DNA from: an uncultured virus (IMG/VR IMGVR_UViG_3300042336_000257)
Taxonomy: Duplodnaviria; Heunggongvirae; Uroviricota; Caudoviricetes
Length of the DNA: 64,000 bases
Strand: one strand, 5' to 3'
Virus record (IMG/VR): IMGVR_UViG_3300042336_000257
Span: 1 to 64,000 of that record
Shown: one piece after another, positions 1 to 7,216 of the stretch
Position numbering within the stretch: position 1 is the first letter of the stretch
How the letters are laid out: every line of letters starts with the position of its first letter
Made by a program: the position numbers and the translations under genes
Notes under the pieces: model-generated
What the model saw: only the letters and a program-made list of their open reading frames with translations
Database searches by the model: none
Told to the model about the DNA's origin: nothing

Positions 1-289
1 CGGATTCGCGGGCGTCGTCGTCGTGGTTGCCCTCCAGGGATTGGCGGCAGTGAATCAACTCATGGATCAGGGTGGTGACATACTCCAGATGGGGCAGGTC
101 GCGCTCAACATCAATCAGGAACTCATGAGCATCCTCCTGCTGCTGCCACCCCACCACACCCTCAGCGTTCAGGCGGCGATGATGGACGGTGACGGTAGCA
201 GCGCCCAGGAGCGGTTCCTGATCCAGCATGAAGCGATAGACCTGCTGGGCGAGGCGGGGGCGTTGCTTCTGTCCTGAGGTGAGCAGCAT
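1..289 (-). CDS. HEXXH (SprT-like) metallopeptidase-family protein, 3' end runs off window
   Basis: Not in ORF track. Manual translation from ATG at 289: MLLTSGQKQRPRLAQQVYRF...EFLIDVERDLPHLEYVTTLIHELIHCRQ; preceded by promoter cassette. Confidence 0.7.
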   Translation of the reverse strand, partial: MLLTSGQKQRPRLAQQVYRFMLDQEPLLGAATVTVHHRRLNAEGVVGWQQQEDAHEFLIDVERDLPHLEYVTTLIHELIHCRQSLEGNHDDDARES

Positions 290-333
290 GGGTCCGTTGC
301 GGTTGAGAGTATTCTACAGGGTCGCCGCGGCCA

Positions 334-540
334 TCAGGCGGGCAGGCAGTGCCAGTTGATCCATTGACCCTTGCTGCCCTTGCTGTTCCACAGGAGCGAC
401 AGAATCTCACGGCGCGATGCCACGTAGCGGTAGCAGGTCGTGGGGCTGTTGAACCAGCGGACGCGAACGCTGCCCGTGATGGGGTTGGCGCTCAGGCTCC
501 AGACGCTGGTGGAATCGTTGCAGTTGATGGGGTAGCGCAT
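334..540 (-). CDS. KTSC-like domain protein
   Basis: True start probably MRYPINC (540) just after -10 box; STSVWSL..VRVRWF..YRY..LL..SKGQWIN resembles KTSC pattern. Confidence 0.5.
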   Translation of the reverse strand: MRYPINCNDSTSVWSLSANPITGSVRVRWFNSPTTCYRYVASRREILSLLWNSKGSKGQWINWHCLPA

Positions 541-580
541 CGGGTCGGTTGCTTTGAGAGTATTGTAGCAGGTCGGGGGC

Positions 581-748
581 TCACTGCCCGTTGGTGTAGT
601 CTCCGATGATGATGCCCGTCTCATTGTGGCGGACCTGGGCGTAACCGAATTCCTCAGACAGGGAGAGGCAGAGGTCCCAGGCGCGGTCCTCATCGGTGGT
701 GGTGTTCTCCCAGGGAGCGGAGGGGCAGATCACGTCGTAGCGGGTCAT
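581..748 (-). CDS. small early hypothetical protein (55 aa)
   Basis: Manual translation MTRYDVICPSAPWENTTTDEDRAWDLC...; own -10 box TATACT at 772-777. Confidence 0.65.
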   Translation of the reverse strand: MTRYDVICPSAPWENTTTDEDRAWDLCLSLSEEFGYAQVRHNETGIIIGDYTNGQ

Positions 749-816
749 GGGTCGTTTGCTTGTGTCCCCATAGTATAAGACCCCCAGCGGCGAACCGTGG
801 GGGGCAGTGGTCAGAT

Positions 817-960
817 TCAGAATTGGATGGGTTCGGCAGTCGGTTCGGCGTCACCCTCCTGGGCGATGCGTTGGCCGTCTGCCAGTCCGTCCAGGATGCT
901 CAGAATCTGGGAACCGTTGCGACCCTGGCGGAGCAGGGAGAGGGCAAGGTCAAGGGTCAT
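817..960 (-). CDS. small early hypothetical protein (47 aa)
   Basis: Manual translation MTLDLALSLLRQGRNGSQILSILDGL...; shared leader TTCAAACGACCCATG. Confidence 0.65.
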   Translation of the reverse strand: MTLDLALSLLRQGRNGSQILSILDGLADGQRIAQEGDAEPTAEPIQF

Positions 961-1023
961 GGGTCGTTTGAATCAGTGTGGTTTGGTGTGGGTGTCTTTC
1001 AGGGCGCACCCGCTCCCATTGTA

Positions 1024-1200
1024 TCAGGCAGCGATCAGCAGGTCATCCTCCCAGCGGGCAGTGGTCAGAATCTCATCGTAGATCCGATCGGCAACCTGAT
1101 CAACGTAGCGGCGCTCATCCGCTTTCAGGATGGCAGCGCGGCACTGGGCGGCAATCTCATCAATGCTCAGGGCGCGGTCGGTGGCGGGGTTGTAGCGCAT
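1024..1200 (-). CDS. small early hypothetical protein (58 aa)
   Basis: Manual translation MRYNPATDRALSIDEIAAQC...; preceded by TACAATATTCTCAGTTCAAACGAACCCCATG. Confidence 0.7.
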   Translation of the reverse strand: MRYNPATDRALSIDEIAAQCRAAILKADERRYVDQVADRIYDEILTTARWEDDLLIAA

Positions 1201-1269
1201 GGGGTTCGTTTGAACTGAGAATATTGTAGAGCAGTTTAGGGTCGGTGCTCAGGACATTGTGCCAGTGCC

Positions 1270-1452
1270 TCAGGCGGCACAGAGGGCGGATTCCAGGCAG
1301 ACCTCCCGCACTTCCAGGCGGGAGTAATCATAGAGACCCCGCTGCAGCTCCAGTTCATAATCCTCAGCGGTGGAGCGGCAATCGAACAGGCGCAGGGAAT
1401 CGAAGTCGGTGCCTTCATAATCCCAACCACCGATCACAGCATAGACTTTCAT
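1270..1452 (-). CDS. small early hypothetical protein
   Basis: Start moved to MKVYAVIGGWDYEG, directly after promoter cassette. Confidence 0.7.
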   Translation of the reverse strand: MKVYAVIGGWDYEGTDFDSLRLFDCRSTAEDYELELQRGLYDYSRLEVREVCLESALCAA

Positions 1453-1525
1453 GGGCGGGTCGTTTGAACTGAGAGTATTGTAGGGGATGGAGGTGGGGGG
1501 TTGGTGCCCCCCGTGTGCCAGTGCC

Positions 1526-1702
1526 TCAATCGGCATAGAGGGAGATGAAGTCCTCCACAAACTCCCGCGCCTCATCGCCTGACATGCGGGAGATCATCTC
1601 ACGGGCGACGGTCTCCCAGGAGAAGTCGTCTGCCAGGTCAAAGATGGCGACCCGTGCCTCAGAGGCGGAGAGTTCGGAGGCGGTGATCTGGGCGTAGGTC
1701 AT
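1526..1702 (-). CDS. small acidic early hypothetical protein
   Basis: Start moved to MTYAQITASEL after promoter cassette. Confidence 0.7.
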   Translation of the reverse strand: MTYAQITASELSASEARVAIFDLADDFSWETVAREMISRMSGDEAREFVEDFISLYAD

Positions 1703-1742
1703 GGGGTTGTCTGAACTGAGAGTATTGTAGGGGGTCAGGGGG

Positions 1743-1931
1743 TCAGAATCCTGCCTGCTGTTCCAGTTCCTCAAGTGTCACACGGTTCCAGGCACTGAAC
1801 AGGGTAACGTGATCCAGGACGCGGCCCATCGTCTCAGGACCAGTCTGGGGGTCGTCCAGGACCTGATCCATGCCAATGCTCATCAGGCGGTGGATCACGG
1901 CGTAGGTCTCCTGGCTGATGGTGATCTCCAT
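1743..1931 (-). CDS. small early hypothetical protein
   Basis: Start moved to MEITISQETY after TATAAT at 1954-1959. Confidence 0.65.
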   Translation of the reverse strand: MEITISQETYAVIHRLMSIGMDQVLDDPQTGPETMGRVLDHVTLFSAWNRVTLEELEQQAGF

Positions 1932-1973
1932 AGGGTCCGTTGCGGTTGATCCTATTATAGGGGGTGGCACCCC

Positions 1974-2213
1974 TCAGAATGCCACCAGTTGGTCCAGATC
2001 CCATTGTGGCACAGTCTGGACGGTGCCCCCGCAGTTCTTCCGCAACCATGCGTTGATGTGCTTGCTGGTGGTGGCGCTCCACTGCTGGGCGGTGCGGATC
2101 CAACCCTTGCCAGGCACCAGGGCGGCAACGGGAGTCACGTAGGAGAACAGGATGCAGGTCCCGTCTGCCAGTTGAACCTCAGTCTGGTTGCTGCCGATCT
2201 GTTGAACGATCAT
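1974..2213 (-). CDS. conserved phage hypothetical protein
   Basis: LFSYxTPVA...SxTTSKHIN pattern familiar from small phage proteins; own promoter cassette. Confidence 0.7.
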   Translation of the reverse strand: MIVQQIGSNQTEVQLADGTCILFSYVTPVAALVPGKGWIRTAQQWSATTSKHINAWLRKNCGGTVQTVPQWDLDQLVAF

Positions 2214-2246
2214 GGGGTTCCTTCGAACTGAGAGTATTGTAGCAGG

Positions 2247-2462
2247 TCAGCGGCGGGCAGCGGCTAGCAGCAGGTCCAGTAGGACAACTGCCACAACCGC
2301 CTTCCAAAAGCCCAGGGCGGTGATTCCAAACCACCCCAGCACCAGCACCAGGAGCCACGCTTTCAGGGCAACGACGCCAGCGACGCCAACGATCAGGATA
2401 CCTGCCAGAGCCACCATCTGCGGGGTGCTGAGGTCCTCAATCCAGGGGTAACGCTTGCTCAT
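2247..2462 (-). CDS. small membrane protein
   Basis: Long hydrophobic stretches; own promoter cassette. Confidence 0.65.
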   Translation of the reverse strand: MSKRYPWIEDLSTPQMVALAGILIVGVAGVVALKAWLLVLVLGWFGITALGFWKAVVAVVLLDLLLAAARR

Positions 2463-2531
2463 GGGTGCCTTGCGGTTGAGAGTATTGTAAGGGGTCAGCG
2501 GTGCCCTTTGGGGCAGGGAGTGGACAGTGCC

Positions 2532-2690
2532 TCAGGTGTCCTCATCCTCCCCCAGAATGAACCCATCAACCCATCCTGCTGTGTATCCGTCATCTTTGGT
2601 GAACAGGCGGATCTTAAGAAGTTTGGCGATTGCAAAGGGCAAACCGATCACCAGGGCTCCAGGGATGAGAATGGCAAGCAGTTCGGTCAT
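2532..2690 (-). CDS. small single-TM protein (52 aa)
   Basis: Manual translation MTELLAILIPGALVIGLPFAIAKLLKIRLF...; own promoter cassette. Confidence 0.65.
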   Translation of the reverse strand: MTELLAILIPGALVIGLPFAIAKLLKIRLFTKDDGYTAGWVDGFILGEDEDT

Positions 2691-2723
2691 GGGGTTCCTT
2701 TGAACTGAGAGTATTGTAGCGGG

Positions 2724-2891
2724 TCAGCGGGCGATCAGGTCGCCTGCAGTGTACAGTGCCTGAGCTGTCACATGGCGGACGGGGCGAATCGGTTCCCATA
2801 GTATCCAGAGCAGCAGAGCGGCAACGGTCAGGCGAAGCATGGTAGCACGGTGGAACTCAGGGGAACGGGAACGGGTCAGGGAGCGGATCAT
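2724..2891 (-). CDS. small membrane-associated hypothetical protein
   Basis: Start MIRSLTRS overlaps stop of upstream ORF (ATGA). Confidence 0.55.
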   Translation of the reverse strand: MIRSLTRSRSPEFHRATMLRLTVAALLLWILWEPIRPVRHVTAQALYTAGDLIAR

Positions 2892-3031
2892 GCGATGTGA
2901 GCAGGGGAACCACAGGAACGGTAGAATTCTACCATACGTTCCGCCTCTGCCAGGGTGGGGAACCATTGCGACCGCCACTCACAGTGGTTGTAGGGGACCT
3001 GGTAGCGGACTTCGTAGCGGGTCAGTGCCAT
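2888..3031 (-). CDS. small hypothetical protein (47 aa)
   Basis: Manual translation MALTRYEVRYQVPYNHCEWRSQWFPTLAEAERMVEFYRSCGSPAHIA. Confidence 0.65.
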   Translation of the reverse strand: MALTRYEVRYQVPYNHCEWRSQWFPTLAEAERMVEFYRSCGSPAHIA

Positions 3032-3188
3032 GGGTCAGTTGAAAGACTTTGGGGTGGCGGGTCCGTGACCTCCCGCCTACGGGGTCAAGGGGTCTGTGGG
3101 GTTGCCCCCGCCGTTCCTCCCCTTGTTGAACATAGTATGGCACGGCAGAGGGGGCAGGTCTATGGGGTGTGTGCCACATTCTGAACTG

Positions 3189-3773
3189 TCACAGCACCTC
3201 TTTGCCGAACTTGCCACACAGGTAGAATGCCATTCCTTTATCTTTCAGGGTGCAACCTGCAAAGGTGAGAGGAACATAGGCGCCGTTAGTTTTAGATGCT
3301 TTGGTGCGAATTTGCAGCAGTCCGTTAGGACCAGTGATGGTGCTCAGTTGCTCACCAGCATTGAACTTAGCACGAATGGTATCACAAATGTGGTTGTAAT
3401 CCTCCGCCAGTTCCTGATAGTGTTCGGGGTGAGTTTCAGGGTTCAGAACCTCAGTGCCCACATAATCGTTGGAGCGGGTGAAACCAACGTAGATGGTTTG
3501 AGAGAGTTTCTCACCGACTTTGCTGTCAGCGAAACTAACACTATCCTCCAGAATCTCAGAGAGGCAATGCTTCAGTTGGGTGACAGCGATAGACTCACCA
3601 ACCGTGAAGGTCTTCAGTTCTCCATCCACCAGATCTTTCAGGTTGGAACTGTTAGGAATGCCCAGGGCAGTTTCAATCAGTTGCCCACGGGATCCTTTGT
3701 TCTTCCCAGGTTTGGCGAACGCAGCGAAGTTAGTTACCTTCAGTTGGGCAGCGACTTGCAGGGTGTTGAGCAT
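3189..3773 (-). CDS. MutH/Sau3AI-family PD-(D/E)xK endonuclease
   Basis: NKGSRGQLIETALG...KDLVDGELKTF and GLLQIRTKA...AFYL correspond to MutH KGWIGxLLExxLG / DF..ELKT / LQIRPKA / GFYL motifs. Confidence 0.75.
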   Translation of the reverse strand: MLNTLQVAAQLKVTNFAAFAKPGKNKGSRGQLIETALGIPNSSNLKDLVDGELKTFTVGESIAVTQLKHCLSEILEDSVSFADSKVGEKLSQTIYVGFTRSNDYVGTEVLNPETHPEHYQELAEDYNHICDTIRAKFNAGEQLSTITGPNGLLQIRTKASKTNGAYVPLTFAGCTLKDKGMAFYLCGKFGKEVL

Positions 3774-3839
3774 CGGGTGCGTTGCTGATGAGATTAGTAT
3801 AGGGCACCAGGGGCACCCCACAAGGGGGTCTGTGCCACT

Positions 3840-4739
3840 TCAACGATTGGCACACTGGAAGCGACCGCTGTTGAAGTTAGCGTTAGAAAAGACCTCACGA
3901 TTCACCAGTTTGAACATACCAAACTGATTCACCAGAACGTAACCCTCAGCGTCGATTCTGTTACCGTACAGATAAGCAGCAGGACCATCATTGCGGCAGA
4001 GGAACAGGCAGTCATCTTTGATAGACTTCACCAATGCCCACAGACGCAGCAGGTTAGCATCACAATCAAAGTCCTCAGGATTCACCTCTTCACCAGCACG
4101 AATGCAGGCATTGATCTGTTGTTTGATCTTTGCCGCTTCCTTCTCACTCACAAAGGTGGCAGTTTGTGCCATCTGACGGGCGAACTTGCACACCTCTTCA
4201 ACATCAGCGAACGACTCCTGATTGTGCAGGATGTATGCATTCGGTTTCACGAACTTCACCGTTTCGGTATCAGTCCAGATGCTACGGTCAGGGAATGCCT
4301 GGGCGTCACGAAGATCGCTCTCAGCATAATAGCAAGTGTGCGGGGCGATGATAATTTTCTGGGAAACTACCTCACCGAACTTATACGTGATGGTGTTAGG
4401 ATTGTATTCGGTATCACCACCGAACCCAATGAAATCACCCTGATAGATGGTTTCGAAACGCGGCAGATAATCGAAGCAAGCGTGAAGAATGTCTGCTACG
4501 TTGCCTTCGTAGTGTTGATCAATGTCCTCATGATTGTGAGCAATACGAATCTTCTTTTTGTTGAACACTGCCTTGGTTCCTACAAAGAACTCACCGCAAG
4601 CAGGGTCAATCCCCCACACGATGGCAGGGGCACCGTCGATCTTGACGCTCAGGGCACCAGGGGTCACGAACCAGTCCAGGACGCTCAGGTCGCCCGTGAG
4701 GATGGTATCTTCGGGGTGCTCTTGGTGCTTGTTCTGCAT
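3840..4739 (-). CDS. conserved cyanophage protein with ligase-like (KxDG) nucleotidyltransferase motifs
   Basis: SVKIDGAPAI (motif I), YQGDF (III-like), EGYV (IV), FKLV (V). Confidence 0.6.
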   Translation of the reverse strand: MQNKHQEHPEDTILTGDLSVLDWFVTPGALSVKIDGAPAIVWGIDPACGEFFVGTKAVFNKKKIRIAHNHEDIDQHYEGNVADILHACFDYLPRFETIYQGDFIGFGGDTEYNPNTITYKFGEVVSQKIIIAPHTCYYAESDLRDAQAFPDRSIWTDTETVKFVKPNAYILHNQESFADVEEVCKFARQMAQTATFVSEKEAAKIKQQINACIRAGEEVNPEDFDCDANLLRLWALVKSIKDDCLFLCRNDGPAAYLYGNRIDAEGYVLVNQFGMFKLVNREVFSNANFNSGRFQCANR

Positions 4740-4808
4740 CGGTTCTCTGTTGATGGAATCAGTATGGCACGAACCAGGGGGGACCGCAACCCCCCCTGTG
4801 CCACTTGT

Positions 4809-5012
4809 TCAACTGTCACCCAGGAGGTCTGGATCCAGCAGGTCGGGATAGTAAGACTCAACCTCTGAAATCAGTTCCTCATCAGTATAACTGGTGAGAT
4901 TTTCTTCCATCTGGTCACCAACAATCTGCAGCAAATCTTTGGTGCTCATGTTATCAAGCAAACGGTCGATGTATGCTTCAACCAGTGCTTCACGATCGAA
5001 AGTGTCAGTCAT
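4809..5012 (-). CDS. small acidic hypothetical protein
   Basis: ORF track; D/E-rich. Confidence 0.65.
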   Translation of the reverse strand: MTDTFDREALVEAYIDRLLDNMSTKDLLQIVGDQMEENLTSYTDEELISEVESYYPDLLDPDLLGDS

Positions 5013-5016
5013 GGTT

Positions 5017-5214
5017 TCAGTTCAGAACGTGACGATAATCAATGGATTTGATGCACCAACCAGATGCACAAGTGATCTCTTCAACTAAATCATCTTCATC
5101 ATCTGCCTCCCAGATTTGACCAATGTATTCTGCATTTAGAAGGTCTTTGTCATAAGCAGTCATCTCATCATCGTCATCAGTATCAAACTCAATGTAGAGG
5201 ATTTGGAACTGCAT
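5017..5214 (-). CDS. small acidic hypothetical protein
   Basis: ORF track; WEADDEDDLVEEIT..SGWCI pattern. Confidence 0.65.
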   Translation of the reverse strand: MQFQILYIEFDTDDDDEMTAYDKDLLNAEYIGQIWEADDEDDLVEEITCASGWCIKSIDYRHVLN

Positions 5215-5339
5215 CAGTAATCGTAGTTAGAGTTCAGATACTCATTGACATCGAACTTTTCATCTTTGAGTTCAGGAATGTCAAGGTCAAAGATCTCACC
5301 AGGAGCATCTTGAATCTCAGACCAGAGTTCATCAAACAT
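5214..5339 (-). CDS. small acidic hypothetical protein (41 aa)
   Basis: Manual translation MFDELWSEIQDAPGEIFDLDIPELKDEKFDVNEYLNSNYDY; promoter cassette upstream. Confidence 0.6.
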   Translation of the reverse strand: MFDELWSEIQDAPGEIFDLDIPELKDEKFDVNEYLNSNYDY

Positions 5340-5407
5340 GGCGTGTCTCTCAGGGACGAATGTAATGTATCAGGGTCTGGGGGGCATTGCAACCCCCCTT
5401 GTGACAC

Positions 5408-5566
5408 TTACTCAACTGTCACACTCACCTCTTTGATGTTAAGACCCATCAACTGGTTTGTGACACGATTGCAGACAACTTCGGTGGGGTTCTTTACTCT
5501 GGACTTCTCATACCAGAAGGTAACGCAACCATCGTAAGTTTCGACCCGAACTTTAACTTCAGTCAC
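5408..5566 (-). CDS. small hypothetical protein (52 aa, GTG start)
   Basis: Manual translation MTEVKVRVETYDGCVTFWYEKS...; promoter cassette upstream. Confidence 0.55.
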   Translation of the reverse strand: MTEVKVRVETYDGCVTFWYEKSRVKNPTEVVCNRVTNQLMGLNIKEVSVTVE

Positions 5567-5589
5567 GGTTGAATCTCAGGAACGAATGT

Positions 5590-5647
5590 ATAATAACCCA
5601 CGTGGTGGGGTTATGGTAAAACTGTGTGCCACTTCACGAACTGGCAC
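5590..5647 (-). promoter_or_regulatory. representative early promoter cassette (22-bp palindrome + 30 nt + -10 box); ~20 copies in window
   Basis: GTGCCACTT-CACG-AACTGGCAC at 5626-5647; related copies start at 349, 1259, 1515, 1760, 2273, 2521, 2750, 3171, 3832, 4798, 5401, 6571, 7059, 7278, 14739, 17745, 19118, 19742, 21151, 33453, 39176, 48330. Confidence 0.85.
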
Positions 5648-5745
5648 AATTGCTCTTGATATCTGCCCTCTGGGTCTTTAAAGTACTTATACCCTACGGA
5701 CATCGATACCAAAGGTATCTATAAGAATTCATATTTCTAGATATC

Positions 5746-5919
5746 ATTCTCAATAAGAAAGGTCTTATTGAGAATTATAATAAAGCACATTTAGATGGTG
5801 TGGGAAGGGGTGAGTGGGGTGAAGCACATATTCTTGCACATAAGGCGGGCTATGTGTGCCGCGTGGGTATCTAGAACTCACCAGCCGCGATTCTCAATAA
5901 GAAACTAGTTATTGAGAAT
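5746..5919. repeat. two ATTCTCAATAA...TTATTGAGAAT inverted repeats
   Basis: 5746-5775 and 5890-5919; third looser copy 7945-7973. Confidence 0.85.
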
Positions 5920-6035
5920 GAGATCTAGATGTGTATGTGTGTATCTAGATGATGTATGATGTGTGCGTCTCGACGAGATATAATGAATGCGTGTGCGATC
6001 TAGTCGAGACCACACACGCACGTCTCGACGAGATT

Positions 6036-6509
6036 CTACCAGTTCTTATTGAACACGAACCCATCTTCGAAATCAAAATCATAACGAAGATTACAGTTCC
6101 AGGTAGCATCCCAATCAACTACCACGAACGAAGGTGCATCAAACCCATAGATGTCAGTGGTAAATTCTTCGGCAAATGCTGCCTCAGAATCATAAGGACC
6201 CTGATAGGCATCTTCGAAAGACTGAAGATCCGCCTCATCATAGAGTTCCAGGAATGCATTCACAGCACCCTTACCATAAGAACTACACAGAGTCTGATAC
6301 AGTTCCTGATACTCTTCGGAGATCTCATCCTCCAGAGTATCATTGTTCAGGATACCCTTGACAGTCAGCAACTCAGTGTAGAATTCAGTGTATTTGAGTT
6401 TGCCATCACGCTCATACCCACAGGCACGAACGATTTCAGACATCTTAGCAGGCGGGTTTTGTGCCTGCATTTCATTCACTTTGTTCAGCAGGGAAGAACC
6501 AGTCAGCAT
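6036..6509 (-). CDS. cyAbrB-N-terminal-like / ArdA-like (antirestriction) fusion protein
   Basis: N-term LTGSSLLNKVNE..ACGY..FYTELLTVKG resembles cyanobacterial AbrB N-domain; C-term FEDAYQGPYDSEAAFAEE..VDWDATW..DFDFEDGFVF resembles ArdA. Confidence 0.7.
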   Translation of the reverse strand: MLTGSSLLNKVNEMQAQNPPAKMSEIVRACGYERDGKLKYTEFYTELLTVKGILNNDTLEDEISEEYQELYQTLCSSYGKGAVNAFLELYDEADLQSFEDAYQGPYDSEAAFAEEFTTDIYGFDAPSFVVVDWDATWNCNLRYDFDFEDGFVFNKNW

Positions 6510-6580
6510 GGTCGGTGTCTCAGGAACGAATGTAATGTAGATCGGATTGGTCAGGAACGCAAGGGGGTGTGTGCCACTTA

Positions 6581-6778
6581 TCAGACTGGCACAAGCCCCA
6601 TCTCATCAATCATAATATCCCGCACACTTTCACGGTCGAAACTATCACCACAGAAATCAGCACCTGAATGAATGTATTTAAACGTTGCCTCAATGATATC
6701 ATCATCAGTGGCACCCATATCATAAATGCCACCAGGACCATAGAAGGACTTTACGTAACGAATGAATTCCACCATCAC
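6581..6778 (-). CDS. hypothetical protein
   Basis: ORF track; SFYGPGGIY..FCGDSFDRE. Confidence 0.65.
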   Translation of the reverse strand: MMVEFIRYVKSFYGPGGIYDMGATDDDIIEATFKYIHSGADFCGDSFDRESVRDIMIDEMGLVPV

Positions 6779-6984
6779 TTCACCTCCGCCAGCAGCAGTT
6801 TGTGAATGCGGTCTGCTTCCTCTAAGATATCACCATCCAGACGGTCCCACTCTACCCAATCATAGGCAGAAAGTGCAGTCTCATAAGAACCATCAGGCAG
6901 CAGGTTAGCATACATCAGAACCCGCTGATTGTTTGCATCCAAAGTGTAAGTGCAATTGTTGAGTTTGGAGATGGCGAAAACCAT
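6775..6984 (-). CDS. hypothetical protein
   Basis: Start moved to MVFAISK; 4-nt overlap with downstream ORF. Confidence 0.6.
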   Translation of the reverse strand: MVFAISKLNNCTYTLDANNQRVLMYANLLPDGSYETALSAYDWVEWDRLDGDILEEADRIHKLLLAEVK

Positions 6985-7069
6985 TGGATTTCTCAGCGAC
7001 AAATGAATATTACCCCACCAGAGGACCCAGTGGCCAGAGGACCCAGTGGGGAATCAGTGTGCCACTACC

Positions 7070-7216
7070 TCAACTGTCACATGCAACGAACTCTTGGAGA
7101 TAGTAATCCAATGGCAGCTCAAGTTCAGCCGCTTTCTGTTCCCAAGCATCCCATTCTTCCTGGGAAGCATCATTCAGAAAATCTTCGAAAGTATAATCAA
7201 AAACTGGACCACACAT
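7070..7216 (-). CDS. small acidic hypothetical protein
   Basis: Start MCGPVF after promoter cassette; C-term shared with 13587..13793. Confidence 0.6.
   Translation of the reverse strand: MCGPVFDYTFEDFLNDASQEEWDAWEQKAAELELPLDYYLQEFVACDS

Noticed and set aside
23..1472. Plus-strand ORFs listed in the first 1.5 kb
   Set aside because: High GC gives long spurious frames; minus-strand mini-ORFs align with the promoter cassettes.
289..2771. Integron cassette array or CRISPR-like array
   Set aside because: The repeats carry -10 boxes and lead into start codons; there are no attC GTTRRRY/RYYYAAC ends and no integrase. They are better explained as promoters.
3096..4868. Long plus-strand ORFs 3096..3788 and 4119..4868
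   Set aside because: Antisense to well-supported minus-strand genes; typical of biased codon usage.
5626..5647. Palindrome as NtcA or CRP site
   Set aside because: It does not fit GTA-N8-TAC or TGTGA-N6-TCACA spacing.
5949..6671. 240-aa plus-strand ORF
   Set aside because: Antisense to the cyAbrB/ArdA-like gene with no motif support.
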